A stretch of 64,000 nt of DNA from Chloroflexota bacterium. GTDB lineage: Bacteria > Chloroflexota > Limnocylindria > Limnocylindrales > CSP1-4. The translations under genes were made by a program, and so were the position numbers. Each line of letters begins with the position of its first letter. Position 1 is the stretch's first letter. Below are positions 22,487-32,305 of the stretch, piece by piece. Under the pieces are notes generated by a model, which saw only the letters and a program-made list of their open reading frames with translations, did no database searches and was not told the DNA's origin. The DNA is taken from positions 137-64,136 of the forward strand of contig JAJYGH010000068.1 in NCBI GenBank assembly GCA_021785175.1. Reading direction: 5' to 3'.

Positions 22487-23983
22487 CTACTCGACCCAGT
22501 CGAAGGTCCGCGTGACGGCCTTCTTCCAGAGCTTGTAGTCCTTCTGACGAGTGGTCTCGTCCATCTTGGGCTTCCACTCCTTGTCCTTCGCCCAATTCTG
22601 GCGCAGGTCTTCGACGGCGGTCCAGAAGCCGACCGCGAGGCCGGCGGCGTAGGCGGCGCCGAGGGCCGTCGTCTCCGCCACCTTCGGGCGGATGACCGGC
22701 ACGCCCAGGACGTCGGCCTGGAACTGCATGAGCAGATCGTTGTAGACCATGCCGCCGTCGACCTTGAGGGCCGTGAGCGGAACGCCGGAGTCGGCGTTCA
22801 TCGCGTCGAGCACCTCGCGGGTCTGCCACGCGGTCGCCTCGAGGACGGCCCGCGCGATGTGGCCCTTGTTCACGTAGCGCGTGAGGCCGGCGATGACGCC
22901 ACGCGCGTCACTCTTCCAGTAGGGGGCGAACAGGCCCGAGAACGCCGGCACGAAGTACACGCCGCCGTTGTCGTCGACCGTCTTCGCCAGCTCCTCGATC
23001 TCGGGCGAGGTCTTGATCATGCCGAGGTTGTCGCGCAGCCACTGCACGAGCGCCCCGGTGATCGCGATGGAGCCCTCGAGGGCGTACACGGCCGGCTGGT
23101 CGCCGATCTTGTAGCCCAGGGTCGTGAGCAGCCCGCTCTTGGACGGGACCGCCTTGGTGCCCGTGTTCAGGAGCATGAAGCAGCCGGTGCCGTAGGTGTT
23201 CTTCGCCTCGCCGGCGGAGAAGCACGTCTGGCCGAAGAGGGCCGCCTGCTGGTCGCCGAGGTCACCCGCGACGGGCACGCCGGCCAGGTCGCCAACGGCC
23301 CTGCCGTACACCGCGCTCGAGGCCTTGATGGCCGGGAGCATGGAGCGCGGGATGCCCATCAGCTTCAGGATCTCGGGATCCCAGTCGAGGGTCTCGAGGT
23401 TCATCAGCATGGTGCGGCTCGCGTTGGTGACATCCGTCACGTGGACGCCGCCGTCGACGCCGCCGGTGAGGTTCCAGATGCACCAGGTGTCGATGTTGCC
23501 GAACATGAGGTCGCCGGCCTCGGCCCTGGCGCGCGCGCCCTCGACGTTGTCGAGGACCCACTTGACCTTGGGGCCGGAGAAGTACGTCGCGAGCGGGAGG
23601 CCGACCTTCGCGCGGAGGCGGTCCTGGCCGCCGTCCTTCGCGAACTCACCGATGATCCTGTCGGTCCGGGTGTCCTGCCACACGATCGCGTTGTAGACCG
23701 GCTTGCCACTCCGGCGGTCCCACACGACCGTCGTCTCGCGCTGGTTCGTGACGCCGACGGCCGCCAGGTCGGATGCCGCGATCCCGGCCTTCGCCAGCGC
23801 TCCGCGGATGACCTCGACGCTGCGCGTCCAGATCTCCATCGGATCGTGCTCGACCCATCCCGGCTTCGGATAGATCTGCTCGTGCTCTTTCTGATCGATC
23901 GCCACGACGCCGCCCGCATGATCGAAGATCATGAACCGGGTGCTGGTCGTGCCCTGATCGAGGGCGCCGACGTACTTCGCCAT
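22487..23983 (-). CDS. glpK: glycerol kinase
   Basis: 498 aa. [21 protein letters not shown]...[15 protein letters not shown] is the canonical GlpK N-terminus. Confidence 0.97.
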   Translation of the reverse strand: MAKYVGALDQGTTSTRFMIFDHAGGVVAIDQKEHEQIYPKPGWVEHDPMEIWTRSVEVIRGALAKAGIAASDLAAVGVTNQRETTVVWDRRSGKPVYNAIVWQDTRTDRIIGEFAKDGGQDRLRAKVGLPLATYFSGPKVKWVLDNVEGARARAEAGDLMFGNIDTWCIWNLTGGVDGGVHVTDVTNASRTMLMNLETLDWDPEILKLMGIPRSMLPAIKASSAVYGRAVGDLAGVPVAGDLGDQQAALFGQTCFSAGEAKNTYGTGCFMLLNTGTKAVPSKSGLLTTLGYKIGDQPAVYALEGSIAITGALVQWLRDNLGMIKTSPEIEELAKTVDDNGGVYFVPAFSGLFAPYWKSDARGVIAGLTRYVNKGHIARAVLEATAWQTREVLDAMNADSGVPLTALKVDGGMVYNDLLMQFQADVLGVPVIRPKVAETTALGAAYAAGLAVGFWTAVEDLRQNWAKDKEWKPKMDETTRQKDYKLWKKAVTRTFDWVE

Positions 23984-24027
23984 GTGTCTCTCCCAACTAG
24001 TGAACTACGTGCCGGCCCAGACGCCGG

Positions 24028-24711
24028 CTACCCGGCTGGCTCGCCGCCCCCGACGGGTCCGAACCAGGTGTCGGCGGCGGCCTTGAGGAGGAGGTACGAC
24101 GAGGTCGCGCCCGGGTCCTGGTGCCCGGCGCTTCGCTCTCCGAGGTAGCTCGCACGTCCCTTCCGGGCCACGAGCGGGGTGGTCGCAACCATCCCCTGCT
24201 CGGCGGCCTCGACCGTCCGTGCGAACGCCTCCTCGAGCGGCACTCCCGATTGGGCCGCGGCGTGCAGAGCGTCCCTCGCCGGCAGCAGCGCGTCGAGCAT
24301 CGTCTTGTCGCCCGCTGCTGCCTTGCCGAGTCGCTGGATCCCGGCGACCGCGGCATCGAGGGCCTCCGTCACGTCGTCGATTCCGATCGAATCGCGACCC
24401 ACCGTGGCCATCCCGAACTGCAGGAAGAACGTCCCGTACAGCGGGCCGCTCGCCCCGCCGACGGTCGAGACCAGCGTCATCCCCACCGACTTGAACGCTG
24501 CGCCGATGTCACGCGCCGGCAGCCCCGGCAGCCTGGCGATCACCGCCTGCATCCCGCGATCCATGTTGATGCCGTGGTCGGCGTCACCGATCGCGGAGTC
24601 GAGCGCGGTGAGGTAATCCTTCTGGGCCCTGACGCTTGCGGCGAACGCGTTGATCCAGGCGACGACGTCGTCGTAGCTGATCGAAGTCGCCCCGCTCATC
24701 CGCCCGTGCAC
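24028..24711 (-). CDS. dhaL: dihydroxyacetone kinase ADP-binding subunit DhaL
   Basis: 227 aa. LDSAIGDADHGINMDRG, VGGASGPLYGTFF and ARKGRASYLGERSAGHQDPGATS. Confidence 0.92.
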   Translation of the reverse strand: MHGRMSGATSISYDDVVAWINAFAASVRAQKDYLTALDSAIGDADHGINMDRGMQAVIARLPGLPARDIGAAFKSVGMTLVSTVGGASGPLYGTFFLQFGMATVGRDSIGIDDVTEALDAAVAGIQRLGKAAAGDKTMLDALLPARDALHAAAQSGVPLEEAFARTVEAAEQGMVATTPLVARKGRASYLGERSAGHQDPGATSSYLLLKAAADTWFGPVGGGEPAG

Positions 24712-24753
24712 CTTCCCTTTCGTGCGAGGTGACCCGCCCGAGCATCGGGCCTG

Positions 24754-25752
<999 letters not shown>

Positions 25753-25879
25753 CGGTTCTCCTGTCTGCTGACGGTCTGGCCCATCGCGGAGCCCGCCGTC
25801 GGCCATCGGACCGACGGCGGGAACGCGATCGGGAGTGCCGGCTTCAGCCGGCGCATACCGGGCGCAGGGCTCCGATCGA

Positions 25880-26635
25880 CTACTTGAGGATGTAGTTGGT
25901 GAACGCGATCACGTAGACCGCGCCGGCCAGGGCGCCGCCGATGAGCGGCCCCACGATCGGGACCCACGAGTACTCCCAGTCGGAAGTGCCCTTTCCGGGG
26001 ATCGGCAGGATGGCATGCGCGATGCGCGGCCCAAGGTCGCGGGCGGGGTTGATGGCGTACCCGGTCGTGCCGCCCAGCGAGAGGCCGATCGACCACACGA
26101 GGAGTGCGACAGGCAGTGCGCCGAGCGAGGCGAGACCCGCCGCATTGCCGTTGTGGCCGAAACTGAGGACGACGAACACCAGCACGAAGGTGCCGATGAT
26201 CTCGGAGATCACGTTCAATCCGTAGTTGCGGATGTTCGGGCCGGTGCTGAAGACGGCCAGCTTGAGGCCGGGATCCTCGGTCGCCTTGAAGTGATCCCAG
26301 TAATGGAGCGCGACGAGGCACGCGCCGATGAAGGCGCCGATCAGCTCGCCCGCCCAGTAGCCGGGGACCTCGCCCCATGTGATGCCGGAGCCGGGATGCA
26401 TCGCGCCGACCACGGCGAGGCCGAGCGTGACGGCCGGGTTGAGGTGCGCGCCGCTGACCGGCCCGGCGATGATGACGCCGCAGAAGACTGCGAGCGCCCA
26501 TGCCGTGGTGATCACGATCCAGCCCGCGTTCTGGGCCTTCGACTTCGCGAGGAGCACGGCGGCGACGACGCCGTCGCCGAGCAGGATCAGCATCCCCGTG
26601 CCGAAGATCTCGGCGAGGAACTTCGCAGCTGTCAT
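25880..26635 (-). CDS. glpF: glycerol uptake facilitator (MIP/aquaglyceroporin)
   Basis: 251 aa with two NPA boxes ([11 protein letters not shown] and [12 protein letters not shown]). Confidence 0.95.
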   Translation of the reverse strand: MTAAKFLAEIFGTGMLILLGDGVVAAVLLAKSKAQNAGWIVITTAWALAVFCGVIIAGPVSGAHLNPAVTLGLAVVGAMHPGSGITWGEVPGYWAGELIGAFIGACLVALHYWDHFKATEDPGLKLAVFSTGPNIRNYGLNVISEIIGTFVLVFVVLSFGHNGNAAGLASLGALPVALLVWSIGLSLGGTTGYAINPARDLGPRIAHAILPIPGKGTSDWEYSWVPIVGPLIGGALAGAVYVIAFTNYILK

Positions 26636-27028
26636 CCGGTGTGTACTCCCTCAAGAGGCGATACGGTTCCCCTACGGGTTCGCGACCGGGAGCCACGAAG
26701 CCAGAGGTGCGCTCGGACAGCGCTACCGGCAGACGGACACTGGACCCCGGACGCGACGTCGCGACTCGGACTCCCCCTGGCACCCTCCTTTCCAGGCGCG
26801 ACCGATCCGTGGAGGCCGCGGAACGCGTGGGCACGCGGACGGGCCGGATCTCTCTTCGGGCGCCACTCTACGGCGGCGGGCGACCGCGGAATCTCAAGAC
26901 ATCGTCGAAATCACGAAGGGCGCCTCGTCGGTTTCCGGGTCCTCTCAGGCAGCCGTTCGATCGGGATGTCAGGCGTGGCCTCGAGGCCCGGCGGGGTGCC
27001 TGCGACGATGCGCACGCCGGACACGAGA

Positions 27029-27054
27029 ACCGGCCGGTGTGCCCACCGGCCGGT
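27029..27054 (-). terminator. hairpin downstream of the 27117-27644 gene
   Basis: Perfect 11-bp stem (accggccggtg / caccggccggt) with a 4-nt loop. On the minus strand it is followed by ttctcgtgt. It lies 63 nt past the stop at 27117. Confidence 0.55.
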
Positions 27055-27116
27055 CGTGAGTGTGACCCTGTGGCGTCGTTGTGGCGTCGTTGCTCCGTGC
27101 GCCGGCGCCGGCTCGG

Positions 27117-27644
27117 TCAGGAACGGCGATCCCCGGCCCAGTGCTGCTCACCCGGGTTGTGACCGAGACCCTGCGGCCCCGCCTCCCCCGGTGGCATCTC
27201 CCCCGGCGCCTCCTCGACGCTGGCGTCCGGCGGCTCGCCCGCCCACTCGTTCTTGTTCCACTGGTCCTCCGACGGCTCCGCCGGGGTCTCGCCGGCCCAC
27301 TCGCGACGGTTCCAGCCGTCCTTCGGGCCCCGGGCTCGAGCGGCGTGCGCGGCTTCCGGCCCCGCGCCCACGGGCCGCGCCGCCTCGTCGCCCGTCATGC
27401 CCTGGTCGGCCATCTCGCCCGGGACCGTGCCCGAGGCTTCGATGATCGTTTCCTCGACGATGACCTCGTCCAGCGCGATCGCCTCGCGGTGGGGCGCCCG
27501 GTTGCGCGCGTCGCGCCGGCCCTCGCCTCCGTTCAGTGCGTCGGCTTCGTGCTTTGCGTGCTGGTCCCGGTCATAGACGGTTTCGTCCTCTGCCTGCCGG
27601 TCCCGGTGATAGGTGTCCACGACGACCTCCTTGCCGCGTGCCAC
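27117..27644 (-). CDS. acidic hypothetical protein with internal W-A-G-E repeats
   Basis: 175 aa. Third codon positions are mostly G/C. The motif is repeated (DGWNRREWAGETPAEPSE / DQWNKNEWAGEPPDASVE, plus EQHWAGD). The gene has its own downstream hairpin. No family recognised. Confidence 0.5.
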   Translation of the reverse strand: MARGKEVVVDTYHRDRQAEDETVYDRDQHAKHEADALNGGEGRRDARNRAPHREAIALDEVIVEETIIEASGTVPGEMADQGMTGDEAARPVGAGPEAAHAARARGPKDGWNRREWAGETPAEPSEDQWNKNEWAGEPPDASVEEAPGEMPPGEAGPQGLGHNPGEQHWAGDRRS

Positions 27645-27769
27645 GCACGCGGAACCCGACCGTAGTCGCCGCTCCCTCTGGCACGGTCCGCCGCGCCGGG
27701 CAGGGTCGTTGCAACGTTCGTTCAGTCTCGACCAACGCTCCGGTCACGTCCACACGCGGCGCGGAAGGC

Positions 27770-27808
27770 GACGGCGCGGGAGACGACGGCGCGGGAGACG
27801 ACGGAGAC
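27770..27808. repeat. short tandem repeat (15-mer, 2.6 copies)
   Basis: gacggcgcgggagac occurs twice, followed by gacggagac. It lies just past the dhaL2 stop. Confidence 0.6.
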
Positions 27809-27828
27809 GCCCTCCACGTCGCCGCCGA

Positions 27829-28512
27829 TCACTCCACCGGCACCGTGTCCGCGAGCGCGCGGATCAGCAGCGCGGCCGAAGCCGCACCGGGATCGAGATG
27901 TCCGGCCGAGCGTTCTCCGAGGTAGCTCGCGCGCCCCCTCCTCGCGACGAGCGGCCGGGTCGCCTCCAGACCGTCCGCCGCCGCGGCCGCGGCGGCGGCC
28001 AGGGCCTGCGCGAGCGTCACGCCGTGCGCCGCCGACTCGTGCAGGACCTCCACCGAAGGCACGAGCGCGTCCAGCATGGTCTTGTCGCCGCGCTGCGCGC
28101 GCCCGAGCGTCGCGATCGCGTCGACCGCGGCGTCGAGCGCGGCCGTCACGGGCAGCAGGCCGGGTGGCCCCACCGCCACCACCTCCGGCCCGGCGGGTCC
28201 CGAGATGCCGGTCTCCGCGCGCAGCGAGATCGCGGCACCCGCGCGAAGCAGCGCGCGGCCGTACAGCGCCCCGCTGGCACCGCCGACGCTCCCCATGATC
28301 GTGCGGCCCGCCGCGGTCAGCAGGTCGGCGGCGCCGAGCGACGCCGCGGACGGATCGTCCACCGTCGCGAGCACGCGCCGGAACCCGCGATCGAGGTTGA
28401 TCCCGTGGTCGCCGTCGCCGATGGCGGCGTCAAGCCCGGTGAGCCATTCCGCCTGATCCGCGACCACGGCCGCGCTCATGCGCAGCCAGGTCCGCACCCA
28501 TTCCCCGCTCAC
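27829..28512 (-). CDS. DhaL paralog 2 (Dak2 domain protein)
   Basis: 227 aa. LDAAIGDGDHGINLDRG, VGGASGALYG and ARRGRASYLGERSAGHLDPGAAS. Confidence 0.9.
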   Translation of the reverse strand: MSGEWVRTWLRMSAAVVADQAEWLTGLDAAIGDGDHGINLDRGFRRVLATVDDPSAASLGAADLLTAAGRTIMGSVGGASGALYGRALLRAGAAISLRAETGISGPAGPEVVAVGPPGLLPVTAALDAAVDAIATLGRAQRGDKTMLDALVPSVEVLHESAAHGVTLAQALAAAAAAAADGLEATRPLVARRGRASYLGERSAGHLDPGAASAALLIRALADTVPVE

Positions 28513-28618
28513 GGCGGTCCACCTGCGGCTCGCGACGCGGCGTGGTCGGGACCCGCGCCGAGGCGCGCCGGCATGCCGGCTGGAGCCGGGAGTCGTCGAC
28601 GCGACGGCGCGAGGGCCC

Positions 28619-29053
28619 TCACGCGAGGCCCGGCAGCTTCGGCCTCAGCGCCGCCGAATCTGCCGCCACGACAACGTCGTCGATCGTCGCTCCCGCGGCC
28701 GCCTCGACCGCGGCGAGGATCGCGCCCTCCACGATCGGCCCCGCGCTGATCCGCGTCCGTGCCCGCTCGTCCTCGGTGGCCTCCTCGAGCGCGATCTCGA
28801 CGGCGAGCATGGCGCTGCCGAGATCGACGAGCACCACCGCGCCGGACGGAGCGATGGCGAGCGTCTCGTGCAGCGCGGCGAGGACGCGCGGCGCGCTGGT
28901 CCCGAGCGTCCCGCTGCCGGTGCCGCCCGCCAGCCCGACCGGGACGGCCGGAGCGGTCTGCGCGATCATCGCGCGGAGCCCGTCGAGCAGAACGGCGCTG
29001 TGGGCGACGAGCACGAGTCCGACCACGGAACCTCCAGGCGCGAAACCGGCCAT
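28619..29053 (-). CDS. DhaM-like EIIA-Man domain protein, paralog 2
   Basis: ATG at 29053. VVGLVLVAHSAVLLDGLRAMI...VVLVDLGSAMLAVEIALE...AGPIVEGAILAAVEAAAG. Confidence 0.8.
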   Translation of the reverse strand: MAGFAPGGSVVGLVLVAHSAVLLDGLRAMIAQTAPAVPVGLAGGTGSGTLGTSAPRVLAALHETLAIAPSGAVVLVDLGSAMLAVEIALEEATEDERARTRISAGPIVEGAILAAVEAAAGATIDDVVVAADSAALRPKLPGLA

Positions 29054-29190
29054 GGCGCGCCGACCGGCGGCGCGGGCAGGACGGGACGGCCTTCCGCGGA
29101 CCACGTTCCGGCCCGTACACTGCAGCGCGGATGAGCATAGACCGCGCGTCCGGTCCGGTGAAGGGATCGTCACGACGAGAGGCCACGTTC

Positions 29191-29934
29191 GTGGCGGACC
29201 ATCCACCGGGCCGCGACGCCAGCCGCCGCGCCCCCGGCCCGGATCCCGTCCGCGTCGACCGGGTCGTCCTCGAGCGTTACCTCGCGCGTGCCGCCGCCGC
29301 GCTGCGCCGGCACCGCCGCCTGCTCGACCGTCTCGACGCCGCCCTGGGCGATGGCGATCACGGGGAGAACATGGAGACGGGGCTCGACGCCGTGGTCGAG
29401 TGGCTCGGCACCCTGCCGCCCGATGGCGATCTCGGCACGATCGTTCGGGGCGTGGGCCACGTGCTGATCGCATCCGTCGGTGGCGCGAGCGGCCCGCTCT
29501 ACGGGACGGCGTTCGTCGAGGCCGGCTTCACGCTCGGCGCCCGGGCCGAGATCGATGCCGCGGCGATGGCGGACGCACTCGACGCCGCCGTCAGCGGCCT
29601 GTCCCGGCGCGGCCGCTGCGAGGTCGGGGACAAGACGATCCTCGACGCGCTGAAGCCGGCCGCGGACGCGTTCCGCCGGTCGATCGTGGCGGGCGAATCG
29701 ATGGAAGCGGCGGCGGCGGCGGCCGTCTGGGCCGCGCGCGACGGCATGTGCGCCACCGTGCCCCTCGTCGCACGCCGTGGCCTCGCGCTGCGCCTCGGCG
29801 AGCGGTCGCGCGGACACCAGGATCCCGGTGCGACCTCGTGCTTCCTCCTCGTTCGCGCCATGCACCCCCGCCGGACGCCGTCCACCATCGAGCGCGATCA
29901 TCCGGCGTTCGCCTCTCGCCGGCAGTCGTCGTGA
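29191..29934 (+). CDS. DhaL paralog 3 (Dak2 domain protein), translationally coupled to a histidine kinase; alternative start ATG 29131
   Basis: LDAALGDGDHGENM, VGGASGPLYGTAF, GDKTILDAL and ARRGLALRLGERSRGHQDPGATS. G/C in third codon positions rises from 29191 onward. The stop overlaps the kinase GTG (GTGA at 29931-29934). Confidence 0.8.
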   Translation: MADHPPGRDASRRAPGPDPVRVDRVVLERYLARAAAALRRHRRLLDRLDAALGDGDHGENMETGLDAVVEWLGTLPPDGDLGTIVRGVGHVLIASVGGASGPLYGTAFVEAGFTLGARAEIDAAAMADALDAAVSGLSRRGRCEVGDKTILDALKPAADAFRRSIVAGESMEAAAAAAVWAARDGMCATVPLVARRGLALRLGERSRGHQDPGATSCFLLVRAMHPRRTPSTIERDHPAFASRRQSS

Positions 29935-31598
29935 CGAGCACCACGCGACCGCGGGCCGAGGACGCTGGCGCAGCCGCCGACGAGCGGCTCGCCGGCCTGG
30001 AGGCCGACCGGTGGCGCACGTTCGAGGATGCGCAGCGCGAGGCGGACACGCTGTTCGCCCAGTACCAGCTGAGCCAGCTGCTCGCGTCGGGGGCCGATGT
30101 CGCGCACCTGGCGAGCGCCGTCCTCGACGAGCTCCGGCGCCACGATCGAGCGCGTGCTGCCGTCCTCTGGCTCACGCCTCCCGGCGGCGGGCCGCTGTCA
30201 CTCGTCTCGATGGTCGGCGACGGAGCGGGCTCCTCCGCGCCGCCACCATCGCCGCCCGAGCGGTTTCCGGATGGCGCGGCGGCCGCGGGCTGGTGCCGCG
30301 CGTTCGGGTACTGGGGAGTCGCGCTGGAGGAGAGCCGGGACGGCGGGGACGGGTTCGAACGGGAGACGGTGGGTTTCGTCGCGCTGGCTCCCGCCGGGCC
30401 GCGGCGCGGCGGCGAGCGGCCGGCCTTCCTGCCGCGCGTCCGGCACGAGCTCGCGATGGCGTTCCGGGGCGCGCAGCTGCGCGAGGCCCTGGCTCACGAG
30501 CGCTCGCTGCTCTCCGCGATCCTCGATGGGGCGACCGACGCGATCGTCGCGGTGGATTCCGAGCGCAGGGTCGTGCGGCTCAACCCCGCCGCGCTCGCAC
30601 TGCTCGACGTCACGCCGGAGTCGGTCCCCGCGGCCTGCCGCCATCTCCTGGGCTGCGCCCGGCTGCACGTCGGGACGGCGAGCCATCGGCTCCGCTGCGG
30701 CCCCCGCTGCCCGTTCGCCGATGTGCTCTCGGGCGGTCCGCCGATCACCGGGCGCGAGCAGACGGTGATCGGGCCCCACGATGAGGAGATCCCCGTGGCG
30801 GCGTCCTACGCGCCGATGGCGGGCGGCGGGGCGGTGGCCGTGCTGCACGACCTGCGGGCGTCACGCGCGCTCGACCAGCTCCGCTCGACGTTCGTCGCCG
30901 CGGTCTCGCACGATCTGCGCACGCCCCTGGCGCTGATCTCGGCGTACGTCGACACGTTGCTCGGCCTGGACCTCGACCCGGCCGGGCAGCGGCGGGCGAT
31001 CGAGGGCATCGGGCACGCGGCGCACCGCCTCGACAACCTGGTCAATGAGATCCTCGACGTCGCGCGCCTCGAGAGCGACCGGATCGCCCTCCACCGCTCG
31101 CGCGCCTCGCTGGCCGCCATCATCGGCCGCGTCGTGTCGGGCCTGGGCGACGCGCCGGGGATCCCGGCCATCGACGTCGCGCCTGCGCCGGACCTGCCCG
31201 CGGTCACCGTCGATCCCGATCGGATCGCGCAGGTCCTCGACAACCTCGTCATGAACGCGGCGAAATATGGCCCGGTCGGGGGCCGGATCTCGATCCGCGC
31301 CTCGGTGCGGGACCGGATGGTCGTCGTGAGCGTCCATGACGAGGGCGCGGGCATCGACGAGGCGGACCGCGACCAGGTGTTCGAGCGATTCTACCGGGGG
31401 CGGCAGGCGAGGAGCGGCACGCCCGGCACCGGGCTCGGCCTGTACGTGTGCCGGCGGCTCGTGGAGGCGCACGGCGGCGAGATCTGGGTCGACGACTCGA
31501 CGAGCGGGGCCTCGATCTCCTTCACGATCCCGATCGCGGCGCCGGCGCGCCTCCGGCACTCGGCCCCGGCGGCGGACAGCACGGGAACGGGCGCGTGA
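29931..31598 (+). CDS. soluble sensor histidine kinase (GAF-like + PAS + HisKA + HATPase)
   Basis: GTG at 29931 within the 28542..31598 ORF. H-box FVAAVSHDLRTPL, N-box VLDNLVMNAAKY and G-boxes DEGAGI / GTGLGLYV. I see no hydrophobic TM segment. Confidence 0.9.
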   Translation: MTSTTRPRAEDAGAAADERLAGLEADRWRTFEDAQREADTLFAQYQLSQLLASGADVAHLASAVLDELRRHDRARAAVLWLTPPGGGPLSLVSMVGDGAGSSAPPPSPPERFPDGAAAAGWCRAFGYWGVALEESRDGGDGFERETVGFVALAPAGPRRGGERPAFLPRVRHELAMAFRGAQLREALAHERSLLSAILDGATDAIVAVDSERRVVRLNPAALALLDVTPESVPAACRHLLGCARLHVGTASHRLRCGPRCPFADVLSGGPPITGREQTVIGPHDEEIPVAASYAPMAGGGAVAVLHDLRASRALDQLRSTFVAAVSHDLRTPLALISAYVDTLLGLDLDPAGQRRAIEGIGHAAHRLDNLVNEILDVARLESDRIALHRSRASLAAIIGRVVSGLGDAPGIPAIDVAPAPDLPAVTVDPDRIAQVLDNLVMNAAKYGPVGGRISIRASVRDRMVVVSVHDEGAGIDEADRDQVFERFYRGRQARSGTPGTGLGLYVCRRLVEAHGGEIWVDDSTSGASISFTIPIAAPARLRHSAPAADSTGTGA

Positions 31599-32290
31599 CG
31601 GCCGAACGCATCCTGATCGTCGAGGACGAGGTCGAGTTCGCGGACCTCGTGCGGCTCTGGCTCGACCGCCACGGGTGGCAGACGCTCATGGCACACGACG
31701 GCCACGAGGCGCTGCGCCTCTTCGACGGCGAACGACCCGACCTCGTGCTGCTCGACATCGGGCTGCCCGGGCTCGACGGCTGGCAGCTGATCGATCGCAT
31801 TCGCGAACGGAGCGAGGTGCCCGTGCTCGTGGTCAGCGCGCTCGGCGCCGAGACCGACAAGGTGCGAGGGCTCGGCGCGGGCGCCGACGACTACATGGAC
31901 AAGCCGGTGAGCTTCCCGGAGCTGATCGCGCGCGTCCAGGCGGCGCTTCGGCGGTCGCGCCGCGGGGCGGCGTCGTCACCCGACCCGGGGATCGTGATGC
32001 GCGGCCCCGTCCGCATCTACCCGCAGAGCCACCGCGTACTGGTCGAGGGCATCGAGATCCACCTGACGCCGACGGAGTTCCGGTTGCTGCGCCACCTCGC
32101 CGAGCGTCCCGGCGAGCTCGTCCGCCACCGCGAGCTCCTCCAGGCTGTGTGGGGGCCGGCGTACGGCGACGACACGCAGCTGCTGCGGGTGACGATGCGG
32201 AACCTGCGCGCGAAGCTCGCGGCCGCCGCCCCGGAGCGGCGCTTCATCGCGACCGAGTACGGGCTGGGCTACCGCTTCGCCGAATCCTGA
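31595..32290 (+). CDS. OmpR/PhoB-family response regulator
   Basis: GTG at 31595 overlaps the kinase stop. ILIVEDEVEF...DLVLLDIGLPGLDGW...DDYMDKP, followed by a winged-helix region (LTPTEFRLLRHL...GLGYRF). Confidence 0.93.
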   Translation: MTAERILIVEDEVEFADLVRLWLDRHGWQTLMAHDGHEALRLFDGERPDLVLLDIGLPGLDGWQLIDRIRERSEVPVLVVSALGAETDKVRGLGAGADDYMDKPVSFPELIARVQAALRRSRRGAASSPDPGIVMRGPVRIYPQSHRVLVEGIEIHLTPTEFRLLRHLAERPGELVRHRELLQAVWGPAYGDDTQLLRVTMRNLRAKLAAAAPERRFIATEYGLGYRFAES

Positions 32291-32305
32291 CCGTTCGACC
32301 CGGCA

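Noticed and set aside
28542-29930. N-terminal ~460 aa of the 1018-aa ORF that contains the histidine kinase.
   Set aside because: This stretch is Arg/Pro-rich junk that overlaps dhaM2 (opposite strand) and dhaL3 (another frame). Kinase-like sequence starts only at the GTG at 29931, which overlaps the dhaL3 stop.
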